IMG/VR virus record: IMGVR_UViG_3300010151_000014
Coordinates: 1-56,901 of that record
DNA from: a virus
Lineage: Duplodnaviria > Caudoviricetes
Length of the DNA: 56,901 bases
Reading direction: 5' to 3' (one strand)
The notes beneath the pieces were generated by a model. The model was not told the DNA's origin. It was given only the letters and a program-made list of their open reading frames with translations, and did no database searches. A program made the position numbers and the translations under genes. Below, one piece after another: positions 40,605 to 49,019 of this stretch. How positions within the stretch are numbered: the stretch's first letter is position 1; the number at the start of each line of letters is the position of its first letter.

Positions 40605-40850
40605 ATGATTAAGTTTGATATCGATATTGACATCTTGGCGAAGCTGGATGAGGATATCCTTCATCGGCATGCACAAAAGCTTAAGCATCGCTTACGTAAA
40701 GTCAAGTCATATAATGAGCGTATGAAGCTTGAGACAGAATTCTGTTATTACTATCGTGAACTGGAAATGCGTTATGTTCGCCGACAGGCACACATAAGGT
40801 ATCTAACTGGCCGAGGACGGGCTTACCATAATACACCAGGTGTTGCATGA
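40605..40850 (+). CDS. Hypothetical protein
   Basis: 81 aa, coupled to the sigma gene. Confidence 0.7.
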   Translation: MIKFDIDIDILAKLDEDILHRHAQKLKHRLRKVKSYNERMKLETEFCYYYRELEMRYVRRQAHIRYLTGRGRAYHNTPGVA

Positions 40851-41572
40851 GTTTATCAACATATTTTGACGGTGTTGGGACTCATAAACTCCTGACAAAA
40901 GATGAGGAAATTGCTCTTTCAAAACGTATTGAAAAAGGTGATATACAGGCTAGAAATACACTGACGGCATCAAATTTACGATTGGCAATCTCGATTGCGA
41001 AGAAGTACCAAAATAGAGGTGTTGATCTTGAAGATCTAATTCAGGAGTCCAACATTGGTCTAATGAAGGCTGTTGATCGTTTTGATTGGCGCCGTGGGTT
41101 TAAGTTTTCAACATATGCATGTTGGTGGATTAGACAGTCTGTTCTTAAGCATATTAATACGCACAAAACAGACGTACGGATCCCTTCACATATTAGGGCT
41201 ATGGCCTGGAAAGCAAAACAATATGCAACTGAATACGAAGATGAATTTGGCGTTAAGCCAACAGATCCCGAGTTGGCCGAGGCACTTGATGTAACCGTCA
41301 AGGCACTTAAACGCATGCGTTCAATGCACCATAATTTTGTCGCACTAGATGCCGATATCGGCGTTGGTGATGGATTTCGAAAACTTGGTGAAATTATTCC
41401 CGATGAAAATATTGTTGATCCCGCTATTGGTTTGGACAATGAAAAAATTAATGCATTAATGCGTATTGCACTTCGTGAACTTTCACCCCGTGAAGAAGCT
41501 GTGCTACGCATGCGTTTTGGTTTAGGTTTTGATAAAAATGATGATGAATTCTTGGTGAAGGTGAAAAAATGA
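40847..41572 (+). CDS. Sigma70/RpoD-family sigma factor, regions 1.2-4.1, lacking 4.2
   Basis: LLTKDEE, NLRLAISIAKKY, DLIQE.NIGLMKAVDRFD, KFSTYACWWIRQ, LSPRE..VLRMRFGL, then stop. Confidence 0.92.
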   Translation: MSLSTYFDGVGTHKLLTKDEEIALSKRIEKGDIQARNTLTASNLRLAISIAKKYQNRGVDLEDLIQESNIGLMKAVDRFDWRRGFKFSTYACWWIRQSVLKHINTHKTDVRIPSHIRAMAWKAKQYATEYEDEFGVKPTDPELAEALDVTVKALKRMRSMHHNFVALDADIGVGDGFRKLGEIIPDENIVDPAIGLDNEKINALMRIALRELSPREEAVLRMRFGLGFDKNDDEFLVKVKK

Positions 41573-41850
41573 GTATGCCAATTGGAAAGACGTTCAAAGG
41601 TGGATATGGTGCTAGTTCACAATATGGCTTATGTTATAGAGAGATTGCCGAAAGAATGACAGCCACCGGTGATAAAATGAATCACTCAACTGCACGAAAT
41701 GTACTACTTCGGGCGTTGGAGAAGTTGGCAATCCCATTGACTAATATGTATACCGACTCAGACTTTGAGAGCCTAGATCCCTCCGTCATTGTTAAGGATC
41801 CCTCTTTTCAAGAGGGTATAATTGCGGTGTTACATAATATATATGATTAA
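41569..41850 (+). CDS. Sigma region-4.2-like HTH protein
   Basis: GLCYREIAERM......HSTARNVLLRALEKL matches the region 4.2 pattern T..EIA..........R.I...AL.KL; ATGA-coupled to sigma. Confidence 0.7.
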   Translation: MSMPIGKTFKGGYGASSQYGLCYREIAERMTATGDKMNHSTARNVLLRALEKLAIPLTNMYTDSDFESLDPSVIVKDPSFQEGIIAVLHNIYD

Positions 41851-42125
41851 TGTTTTCAATTTTACTAAATAGACTTCGAAGCGTCTCCGGTCACACTGCC
41901 TTACTTGAGGCATGTGATTGGGATGAAGATATAATGGACGCCGCCTTTAAAGATTTAGATAGTGTATTATCTTCGAGTACCGCTTTAAGTGCCCATGAAT
42001 TAAGCATCGAGATTCGTAAAAAACTACGTATTAAAATGTATAATGATGAGGTTATAAAGTTATTAATAAAGTTGATTAATATTGAAATAAAGAATGAAAT
42101 ACTAACAACAAAGGGTGAAACATGA
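41850..42125 (+). CDS. Hypothetical protein
   Basis: Coupled ORF. Confidence 0.7.
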   Translation: MFSILLNRLRSVSGHTALLEACDWDEDIMDAAFKDLDSVLSSSTALSAHELSIEIRKKLRIKMYNDEVIKLLIKLINIEIKNEILTTKGET

Positions 42126-42445
42126 AAGTGCCATGGAAATATTACGCGAAACGTAGAGGTCATAATCTAACTGATATGTTATTAAGAAACATGTTTAAGA
42201 CGTACGAACAATATTCAAATTGGTGTTTGGCAAAAGGTGTCGAACCAACAACCTTAAAAGAATTTATTCGCCATCTCCCTCCAACGCCGCCACCTATTGT
42301 TAAACCCAAACCAAAGCCGATTTCAAAACCCAAACCAAAGCCGAATTCAAAACCTAAACGGATTACCTCAAAAAAGCGTAAGCCTAAAATAACAGTAAAA
42401 AAATATCAAAAAACTCAAATTTCTGATATTAATCATGATGAATGA
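42122..42445 (+). CDS. Basic Pro/Lys-rich protein
   Basis: KPKPKP repeats in the C-terminal half. Confidence 0.7.
   Translation: MKVPWKYYAKRRGHNLTDMLLRNMFKTYEQYSNWCLAKGVEPTTLKEFIRHLPPTPPPIVKPKPKPISKPKPKPNSKPKRITSKKRKPKITVKKYQKTQISDINHDE
42302..42359 (+). repeat. 24-nt tandem repeat aaacccaaaccaaagccga(t/a)ttca, about 2.4 copies
   Basis: Read directly. Confidence 0.9.
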
Positions 42446-42632
42446 TCTATGTTTGCTACAAAAGGGTGCCTATTTAATGTTGACAAAAAACAAATTTATC
42501 AACATCAACAAGAAAGAACCTTGTTTGGTTATTGATGATCTTTATTATAATGACGGAAATCGATATATTGTTTTGGTCAACAATAAAAAGTTAATTGTTA
42601 ATCAAAATGATTTGGTTAACATAAAAGCCTAA
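42435..42632 (+). CDS. Small hypothetical protein
   Basis: 65-aa coupled ORF. Confidence 0.55.
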   Translation: MMNDLCLLQKGAYLMLTKNKFININKKEPCLVIDDLYYNDGNRYIVLVNNKKLIVNQNDLVNIKA

Positions 42633-43039
42633 CCAATACCTTGCCAACCATCCGAACCTGTTAATGCTATTTGCTTGTCACGACCAATATCCGTTAATTC
42701 AGCCAACACTTCAAACTTAATTACGTTTGTGTTACTAATGCTATTACTTAGAAAAAGATCTTTAATGCGCATATCCATAGAAACACTTTCTCCCATGGCT
42801 AATGTAATAAAGTTTGTTTGTGACGCAGGGTTTGCTTTGACACCATTTTCTGTAAATCCAACACATAAATCTGAAGTTACACTATGTATATTACGAACAA
42901 TTATGGTTTTAGTGATCTTTGGAAATGACACTTGCCGTGTTTCTTGATTTTGTAATTCGCTTGATGTCACATAAGGTATACCCGAACATTGATATTCACC
43001 TACAGATTTAACGCCCGGTGGGGCCCAATTAATTGCCAT
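42629..43039 (-). CDS. Beta-rich hypothetical protein, possibly structural
   Basis: GGAG SD and TAATATATA element upstream on the - strand. Confidence 0.75.
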   Translation of the reverse strand: MAINWAPPGVKSVGEYQCSGIPYVTSSELQNQETRQVSFPKITKTIIVRNIHSVTSDLCVGFTENGVKANPASQTNFITLAMGESVSMDMRIKDLFLSNSISNTNVIKFEVLAELTDIGRDKQIALTGSDGWQGIG

Positions 43040-43093
43040 GTATTTAACTCCGGTATTAATATATATTAGTACTAATCAAGTAAAAAGACATTA

Positions 43094-43756
43094 ATGTTAA
43101 ACGAAATTAATTTAAATCATGAAAATTTTCACTATAGAGATTTGGTTGATCAAGTTGATGATCAAATCATTGATTTTGTTTTTGCAATCGATGATGATGA
43201 AGAGCATAATATTGAATTTGACTTTATATGGCCATATCCTGTCGATCCTTCTGTGTTTGATGGCGACTATTCTAGGGTGTTTATTGTAGAGGTCACCGCA
43301 CATATTAATAATGACATATCAAGTTTATTTAATATTGAGGCAAATGCAGGCTTAAATGGTGAGGGTTACGCATATATTGGTATTCAAATCGAGTATAAAC
43401 AACACGCCAAACTAGCTAATCATTTACACAAGTTTATTGGAAATCTTCGTGGGGTATTGGCTCATGAAATTCATCATTTAACGCAAGAGCCCCCTTTAAA
43501 ACGTATTAATTGCCCGGAACATATAACACAAAAAAAGGAAACATTTCAAGATTATTTTACTTCATCTTGTGAGGTGCCGGCATATGTGATAGGTTTTCGT
43601 GCCGAGGCTAGCCACTCAAAAAAGCCAATTAAAAAATTAATGTCTAATTACTTAAATAATTATATTAAGGCCGGGGTTATAACTAGTACCGAAGCAGATA
43701 ATGTGTATAATACGTGGACTGAGTTTAACGCAAAATTAACTGATTTTAAAGTATGA
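43094..43756 (+). CDS. Zincin-like protein (HExxH)
   Basis: AHEIHH...Q followed by Y....E..AY..G. Confidence 0.65.
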   Translation: MLNEINLNHENFHYRDLVDQVDDQIIDFVFAIDDDEEHNIEFDFIWPYPVDPSVFDGDYSRVFIVEVTAHINNDISSLFNIEANAGLNGEGYAYIGIQIEYKQHAKLANHLHKFIGNLRGVLAHEIHHLTQEPPLKRINCPEHITQKKETFQDYFTSSCEVPAYVIGFRAEASHSKKPIKKLMSNYLNNYIKAGVITSTEADNVYNTWTEFNAKLTDFKV

Positions 43757-43760
43757 AAAT

Positions 43761-44189
43761 ATGAAACACATATTTCACTGTGAATTATGCCCTAAACTAA
43801 CGACTATTATAACATATCCAGAGGATGTACAATACGAGATGTTCAAAAAACAATTCCAGTTATCCGGACATGCATTTTTGCTTCACGAACATCATGCTAT
43901 TATTGTTGATGGTGCCATTGTTCTTAAAGAATGGTTCACTTCTGATCACCTTAGCGTCATTCAGGCACATGAAATAGGTCACTATATGGCGGGACATGGA
44001 AGTGTCACCAATGAAACGAGAGAGGCTCATAACATTGAGCAAGAAGCAGATTGGTTAGGGTATTTCTTGCTTAAAAATAAAAAAATGTTTAGTGCCGCAA
44101 AACTTCATGAAGAAGAATATGTGTTGAGATATGGGATCCCACCATATTTTTGCGATAAAACAATGAAACATATACGTAATCTAGTTTAG
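43761..44189 (+). CDS. Zincin-like protein (HExxH)
   Basis: AHEIGH...H...EQEAD. Confidence 0.65.
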   Translation: MKHIFHCELCPKLTTIITYPEDVQYEMFKKQFQLSGHAFLLHEHHAIIVDGAIVLKEWFTSDHLSVIQAHEIGHYMAGHGSVTNETREAHNIEQEADWLGYFLLKNKKMFSAAKLHEEEYVLRYGIPPYFCDKTMKHIRNLV

Positions 44190-44216
44190 TTTTATAAAAG
44201 GATAAAAGGAATTAAT

Positions 44217-44423
44217 ATGACACCTCGTGCAAATGATAAAGTATATGTATGGAATAATATAGTTAGGGTTGGCGTTGTCAAGCGTATTGTGCCGGTTGAG
44301 ACATCCTTATGGTTTGTGGATGGTATGCCGGGAAGGACACTAAAAGCGGAAATTAAATTTCCAGATAGCAATAATCTTGAGTACCATATACTAAGTGAGC
44401 TACGCATTCACCATCGTCCATGA
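44217..44423 (+). CDS. Small hypothetical protein
   Basis: AAGGA SD, 68 aa. Confidence 0.65.
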   Translation: MTPRANDKVYVWNNIVRVGVVKRIVPVETSLWFVDGMPGRTLKAEIKFPDSNNLEYHILSELRIHHRP

Positions 44424-44426
44424 TTA

Positions 44427-44741
44427 ATGTATAATATGTGGTGTGTTTATCTTTTACGTTGTCATGACAATAGTTTGTATTGTGGTGTGACAAATAACAT
44501 AGGCAAAAGATTAATAAAACATTCACGTGGTACCGGCGCAAAATATACGCGCTCAAGATTACCAATTAAACTAGTTTGGAATTCTACATATATTGATAAA
44601 AGTACGGCATATAAAGCAGAGTATTTTATTAAACAGCATTCAAAAAAACAAAAAGAAGAGCTACTGCTAAATATTGGAAGCGTTCTCAATAAGACACTGC
44701 TTAAACGCTTCGGTATTCGTTCCCGGCAAATCACCATATAA
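44427..44741 (+). CDS. GIY-YIG nuclease (YhbQ-like)
   Basis: VYLLRC.DNSLYCGVT...R...H..G.GAKYTR.R.P...A...E..IK. Confidence 0.88.
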   Translation: MYNMWCVYLLRCHDNSLYCGVTNNIGKRLIKHSRGTGAKYTRSRLPIKLVWNSTYIDKSTAYKAEYFIKQHSKKQKEELLLNIGSVLNKTLLKRFGIRSRQITI

Positions 44742-44899
44742 GGCCACAGTCACTAGTGTCCCTATAGTTGATCCAAGCACCACGCCAATTAAACATCCTA
44801 CGTATTGTTTTAAAAATGTTAATAACATATCAAACTCCTATTTTATATAATAGCATATCGAGCCTCTATATATATATGTATGATAATAAGGGTATGACC

Positions 44900-45397
44900 A
44901 TGAATACATTACGTCGATATATTGAAAGTATATTATCAGAATCCTTTCGACATCAAGGTAGCTACGATTATTTTCGTGTCGAATTACCAGGGATTGGATA
45001 TGCCCAGGGCGGAACGAGTCTTCGTTTCAAAGAATGCCAATCCGATGTTGATAAAATTAAGCAGTCACCGGAATACCTTGAGGCAGAAGAAAGATACTTG
45101 TCAGACCCTAAAAATGTTTGGGGTGATGGGTCACTTAAGAAGTTCACACCAAGATTTTATGATGTAGAGAATGCGTGGATTCATAGTCCCAAGAATCGAG
45201 GCAAAGGCCATGGCAAAGAGATCTACAAGGCATTTATCGATAAGGCAGTTGAGTACTCAAGATCTTATGGTGCTGTATTCGTTGGGGCACATCATTGTAC
45301 AATAGGATCAGGCACATCACAAGCTGCTAAACGAGTTTGGAAATCTCTAACCAGAGAATACACATCTTCGGGTGATGTTATCTTTATAGGGCTATAA
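44900..45397 (+). CDS. GNAT-family acetyltransferase with N-terminal tag
   Basis: P..RGKGHGK acetyl-CoA motif, S..AKRVW.SL; start placed at MNTLRRYIESILSE. Confidence 0.7.
   Translation: MNTLRRYIESILSESFRHQGSYDYFRVELPGIGYAQGGTSLRFKECQSDVDKIKQSPEYLEAEERYLSDPKNVWGDGSLKKFTPRFYDVENAWIHSPKNRGKGHGKEIYKAFIDKAVEYSRSYGAVFVGAHHCTIGSGTSQAAKRVWKSLTREYTSSGDVIFIGL
44903..44927 (+). repeat. 25-bp direct repeat, copy 1 (aatacattacgtcgatatattgaaa)
   Basis: Identical to 45878-45902. Confidence 0.92.
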
Positions 45398-45398
45398 G

Positions 45399-45863
45399 AT
45401 GAAGATATTACGTGAGTACATAAGGGAATTATTGGTGGAGGAAGTAAAATTCAGCGGGATTCTAAAGGTTATGCCAGATGCAAATGTAATTGCATCAGTC
45501 TTGATTTTAGCAGATCAACTCCCACCTGAGGCTGTGATGTTATCGGAGGATAGGTTCCATGTGACGTTAGCACATCAAAGTATTTTGAAGCCATACAAAA
45601 AACAACTCAAGCAGTTGTTAAAAGATGGAATGTTACCACCAGCTCCGCCAGTTATTGTAGAGTCAGCACTAGAAGAACGAGTTGATGAAACAGGCGATAG
45701 GAGATCATGGGTTGTATGGGTCAAGAATCAGGATGAGTTGAAGGCCTATGTGCAAGAAGTTATTCAAATGGTTGGAGGCCCGCCAGGTGATCCTGAGCCA
45801 TCCCGCAGGTTTCATATATCAATTGCGAATCTAACGGGTAATCCAGGCGATTCAGTAAGATAG
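45399..45863 (+). CDS. 2H phosphoesterase with N-terminal tag
   Basis: FHVTL and FHISI (two HxT/S motifs). Confidence 0.8.
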   Translation: MKILREYIRELLVEEVKFSGILKVMPDANVIASVLILADQLPPEAVMLSEDRFHVTLAHQSILKPYKKQLKQLLKDGMLPPAPPVIVESALEERVDETGDRRSWVVWVKNQDELKAYVQEVIQMVGGPPGDPEPSRRFHISIANLTGNPGDSVR

Positions 45864-45871
45864 TTATAAAC

Positions 45872-46246
45872 ATGAACAATACATTACGTCGATATATTGA
45901 AAAAGTATTATATGAGCAAAAGATGCAACCTATCATGGATCCACTATTTAATGTTCGTGAAATCTGTAAGGAATTTACATTACTTGAAGACCATTTGAAT
46001 CAACCTGAAAAGCGGTGTCACGACTGCATTAATAAACACTTACTTAAAGTTGAGGCATTAGCGGAAGAAGCAATATCCTTAGATCAAGTAAAAAGCTTTA
46101 AGTTTTTACTTGATATACCTCAAATTATTCGTGGTTGGCATAATTTAATCTTATCGAACGATCCCAGATCATATGAACAGGTGTCGTCAAAAATAAGAAT
46201 TTTACGTAAAATATTAATGCCTTATGTGGTTGATCATTTTAATTAA
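45872..46246 (+). CDS. Hypothetical protein with N-terminal tag and H..C.DC..KH motif
   Basis: MNNTLRRYIEKVLYE; EDHL....RCHDCINKH. Confidence 0.75.
   Translation: MNNTLRRYIEKVLYEQKMQPIMDPLFNVREICKEFTLLEDHLNQPEKRCHDCINKHLLKVEALAEEAISLDQVKSFKFLLDIPQIIRGWHNLILSNDPRSYEQVSSKIRILRKILMPYVVDHFN
45878..45902 (+). repeat. 25-bp direct repeat, copy 2
   Basis: Identical to 44903-44927. Confidence 0.92.
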
Positions 46247-46248
46247 AT

Positions 46249-46277
46249 TTAAACACTTAGTGTATACATGATATAAT
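46249..46277 (+). promoter_or_regulatory. Promoter TTAAAC-17-TATAAT with TGn extension
   Basis: Intergenic, followed by AAGGAG SD. Confidence 0.6.
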
Positions 46278-46306
46278 ATATTGTTCAAATAAAAATAACA
46301 AAGGAG

Positions 46307-46588
46307 TTGAACAACATGAGTAAAAGTAAGATTAATACGAGTTTGATAGTAGGTTCGGGTATGTTGGCACTTATTTTGGTCGCATATATTATTATGAGGC
46401 CTGGTGTTAGTGATATTAGCGAAACAAATATCAATAAGGCCCATGTCACATTTGGTGAAATTTCAACTACCATTGATAATGAAGATGCCTTGATTAATGA
46501 GCAATCTGATGAGATTAATCTTGTTGAAAATGAAGAAGAAATTGTCGATGAAGAAGATATGGTTATCGACGTTATTGGGCATGAATAA
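46307..46588 (+). CDS. Single-pass membrane protein with acidic tail
   Basis: TM segment LIVGSGMLALILVAYIIM; likely start ATG 46316. Confidence 0.75.
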   Translation: MNNMSKSKINTSLIVGSGMLALILVAYIIMRPGVSDISETNINKAHVTFGEISTTIDNEDALINEQSDEINLVENEEEIVDEEDMVIDVIGHE

Positions 46589-46605
46589 TAAATAAATGTA
46601 TTTAA

Positions 46606-46631
46606 AGGCAGGTGGGCTACCCCACCTGCCT
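46606..46631 (+). terminator. GC-rich hairpin, probable terminator
   Basis: aggcaggtggg-ctac-cccacctgcct, 11-bp stem; weak U tract. Confidence 0.6.
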
Positions 46632-46769
46632 CATTAATTAATATAAACAAAAAACAATTGGTTTAGTAATAAAAAAAATTGAAAACTTCAAAAGATTGCT
46701 CCAAACGGTTTAGGATCATATCACATATAATAAAAAACTATATAATAAAATTAAAGAGGTCCTTAAGAA

Positions 46770-47321
46770 ATGAGTATTAATGAGTTTATTATGTTTGTGG
46801 GCCCTATGTTTGGAGGAAAGACGACAAGGTTACTTAGTGCTCTAGAGCGTTTTAAATATCAAGGAAAAAAGATATACACATTTAAACCCAGTATTGATGA
46901 AAGATATTCATGTAATAATATTGTATCACACTGGGGTGCGCTAATAGCCTCAACTCAAATTTTTAACGCCCATGAAATTAGTGATCTAATTACTAGTAAA
47001 AATGAATCTCTGATTATTGCTATTGATGAGGCGTTTATGATTGAAGGCATTTCTCAAGTTTTAATTAATGCGTATCATGCTGGGCATACCATATTGGTGT
47101 CATCATTACAGTTATCATCAAATGGTTCACCCTATAGGGAAATTGAAAAAATGCTCCCACATGCAACGAAAGTTGAGGTATGCCCTGCTGTCTGTGCTTT
47201 TGATGGGTGTGAATCTAATGCATATTTTACCTTAAAAATTGGTGGTAGAGATGATCATGAAATTGAAGTTGGTGGTGAAGATATGTACCAACCTAGGTGT
47301 TTAGTTCATTTTAAGGTATGA
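46770..47321 (+). CDS. tdk: Thymidine kinase
   Basis: GPMFGGKT, KP.ID.RY, IDEA, zinc-lasso C...C, VGG..MY.PRC..H. Confidence 0.9.
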   Translation: MSINEFIMFVGPMFGGKTTRLLSALERFKYQGKKIYTFKPSIDERYSCNNIVSHWGALIASTQIFNAHEISDLITSKNESLIIAIDEAFMIEGISQVLINAYHAGHTILVSSLQLSSNGSPYREIEKMLPHATKVEVCPAVCAFDGCESNAYFTLKIGGRDDHEIEVGGEDMYQPRCLVHFKV

Positions 47322-47346
47322 TTAATTAATATTTATTAATAAGGAT

Positions 47347-47571
47347 ATGTCAAATAAAGGTACCAACACCACAATATTAATAGCCGGAGACCTGGTACAA
47401 TGGCATAAAAAATTTAATATAAAAGGATATGGTTTGGTTATTGAGGTTTATGAGATAACTAGTGTTAAAGATGAAAATGATACAACATTATATGCAGAAA
47501 TTATGTGGCCAACAGGATGGATATGGAATGTGCCTATAGGTATGGTTCAACTTGTTAATGTTAAGAAATAA
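47347..47571 (+). CDS. Small SH3-like hypothetical protein
   Basis: GDLV....G.V pattern; 74 aa. Confidence 0.6.
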   Translation: MSNKGTNTTILIAGDLVQWHKKFNIKGYGLVIEVYEITSVKDENDTTLYAEIMWPTGWIWNVPIGMVQLVNVKK

Positions 47572-47583
47572 GGAAACGAATAT

Positions 47584-47877
47584 ATGACAATTAGGTCGCG
47601 AAATGCAATCGCAATATTAGAAAATAATGATTGTCATGAAATTATAGTATCCTTTAAAAGGAATATTGAAAATAACACATATACAAAAATAACGACAACA
47701 AATGTTAGAAATTATACCACGGGTCAATTAAGATCAGGAAAAATAAAAGATGTTCTAGATGGACCTTATATTTTGGTAACAATTGAAGATGATTATGATG
47801 AGACAATATCATATCAAGATTTTGGTGGGAAAATGAAGACCCTTTATTTCAAAAAGATTAATATTAAAGAAAATTAA
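47584..47877 (+). CDS. Hypothetical protein
   Basis: AAGGA SD, 97 aa. Confidence 0.65.
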   Translation: MTIRSRNAIAILENNDCHEIIVSFKRNIENNTYTKITTTNVRNYTTGQLRSGKIKDVLDGPYILVTIEDDYDETISYQDFGGKMKTLYFKKINIKEN

Positions 47878-47962
47878 TTCATGAATCATAAAAATAAAAA
47901 TATAACATATTATAATTATAGCTTAAATATAGTGAGAGATATATATAAAATAAGGGGGTTTA

Positions 47963-48313
47963 ATGAAAATCACGATTAATCAATTGAAACAAATCATTAA
48001 AGAAGAATATAATAAATTTAACGAAGCCACTAGCCGCTGGGACAGCCGCAGCGCGAAAGGCTTTGACAAGGAATATTACAAAAGTAGAACGGAACGTCAT
48101 CGTGATGGATGGGGCGGGCCACCCACCGGCCGCTATGATAATGATGATGATTACGAAGAAATGGACCCTTATCGCTATAGCGACTTAACAGATGAAGAAA
48201 TTGAGGAACTTATTGGGCCAGATGGGTTAGCGCAATTAAAAGCGGATCAAAAAATATTTGAAAATGAATGGTCGGTAAAAAGAGAAAGAGAAAAAAGAAG
48301 AAACGTAAAATAA
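47963..48313 (+). CDS. Hypothetical protein with tag MKITINQLKQIIKEE
   Basis: 116 aa; G-rich SD; TATATA element upstream. Confidence 0.75.
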   Translation: MKITINQLKQIIKEEYNKFNEATSRWDSRSAKGFDKEYYKSRTERHRDGWGGPPTGRYDNDDDYEEMDPYRYSDLTDEEIEELIGPDGLAQLKADQKIFENEWSVKREREKRRNVK

Positions 48314-48391
48314 TTTCATTAATGATGAATAAATACACAAAAAATTTATTAATCCGATCCTTTAATCTCCGGCAACTTCTGGGGATATGAA

Positions 48392-49012
48392 ATGCGAATA
48401 GGCTTAGTACCAATATCCGCTAAACCTTATCATATAGGGCATCATTCATTAGTTCTAAATGCGTCAAAAGAAAATGACAAAGTTATTCTTTTTGTCTCAA
48501 CATCAGATCGAAAACGAAAAAATCAATTTCAGATTTTAGGATCTGATATGAAACATATTTGGACAAATGAACTTGAGCCTATTATGCCTTCGAACGTTAG
48601 TATTAAATATGGGGGTTCTCCGGTCGGCAAAGTGTGGAAAACATTAGGCGACGCAAATGATAATATGTCAAATGACACATATGTTATATACTCTGACCCA
48701 ATTGATACAAAAAATAACTACACTGAGCCTAGGTTAAAAAAATATTCTGGTGATCTATTTGCACGTGGGAATATTGTGTTGGCGGCTAAAGAGAGCCCAT
48801 ATAAATATATGCGTGGAGGTAAAGTAGGGACGCCAAATGTTAGTGGGACAGCTGTTCGGATAATGCTTCAAAACAAAGATTTCGAAGCATTTCAAAAAAT
48901 AATGCCCATAGGTGTCGATACAAAAAAGATATATAATATATTGATTGGTACCAATAAGGCTATACAACATGAAGAATTAATTCGTAATATGATTTTTCGT
49001 ATTATAATGTGA
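48392..49012 (+). CDS. HIGH-class nucleotidyltransferase (cytidylyltransferase-like)
   Basis: KPYHIGH and SGTAVR motifs. Confidence 0.75.
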   Translation: MRIGLVPISAKPYHIGHHSLVLNASKENDKVILFVSTSDRKRKNQFQILGSDMKHIWTNELEPIMPSNVSIKYGGSPVGKVWKTLGDANDNMSNDTYVIYSDPIDTKNNYTEPRLKKYSGDLFARGNIVLAAKESPYKYMRGGKVGTPNVSGTAVRIMLQNKDFEAFQKIMPIGVDTKKIYNILIGTNKAIQHEELIRNMIFRIIM

Positions 49013-49019
49013 AAATAAT

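Noticed and set aside
41041-41511. Long antisense ORFs (also 5144-5488, 30600-30938, 34046-34498, 55963-56421)
   Set aside because: Shadows of well-supported + strand genes, with no SD or recognisable motif.
44427-44741. GIY-YIG as a mobile homing endonuclease
   Set aside because: Short YhbQ-type standalone domain, with no DNA-binding extension and no intron context.
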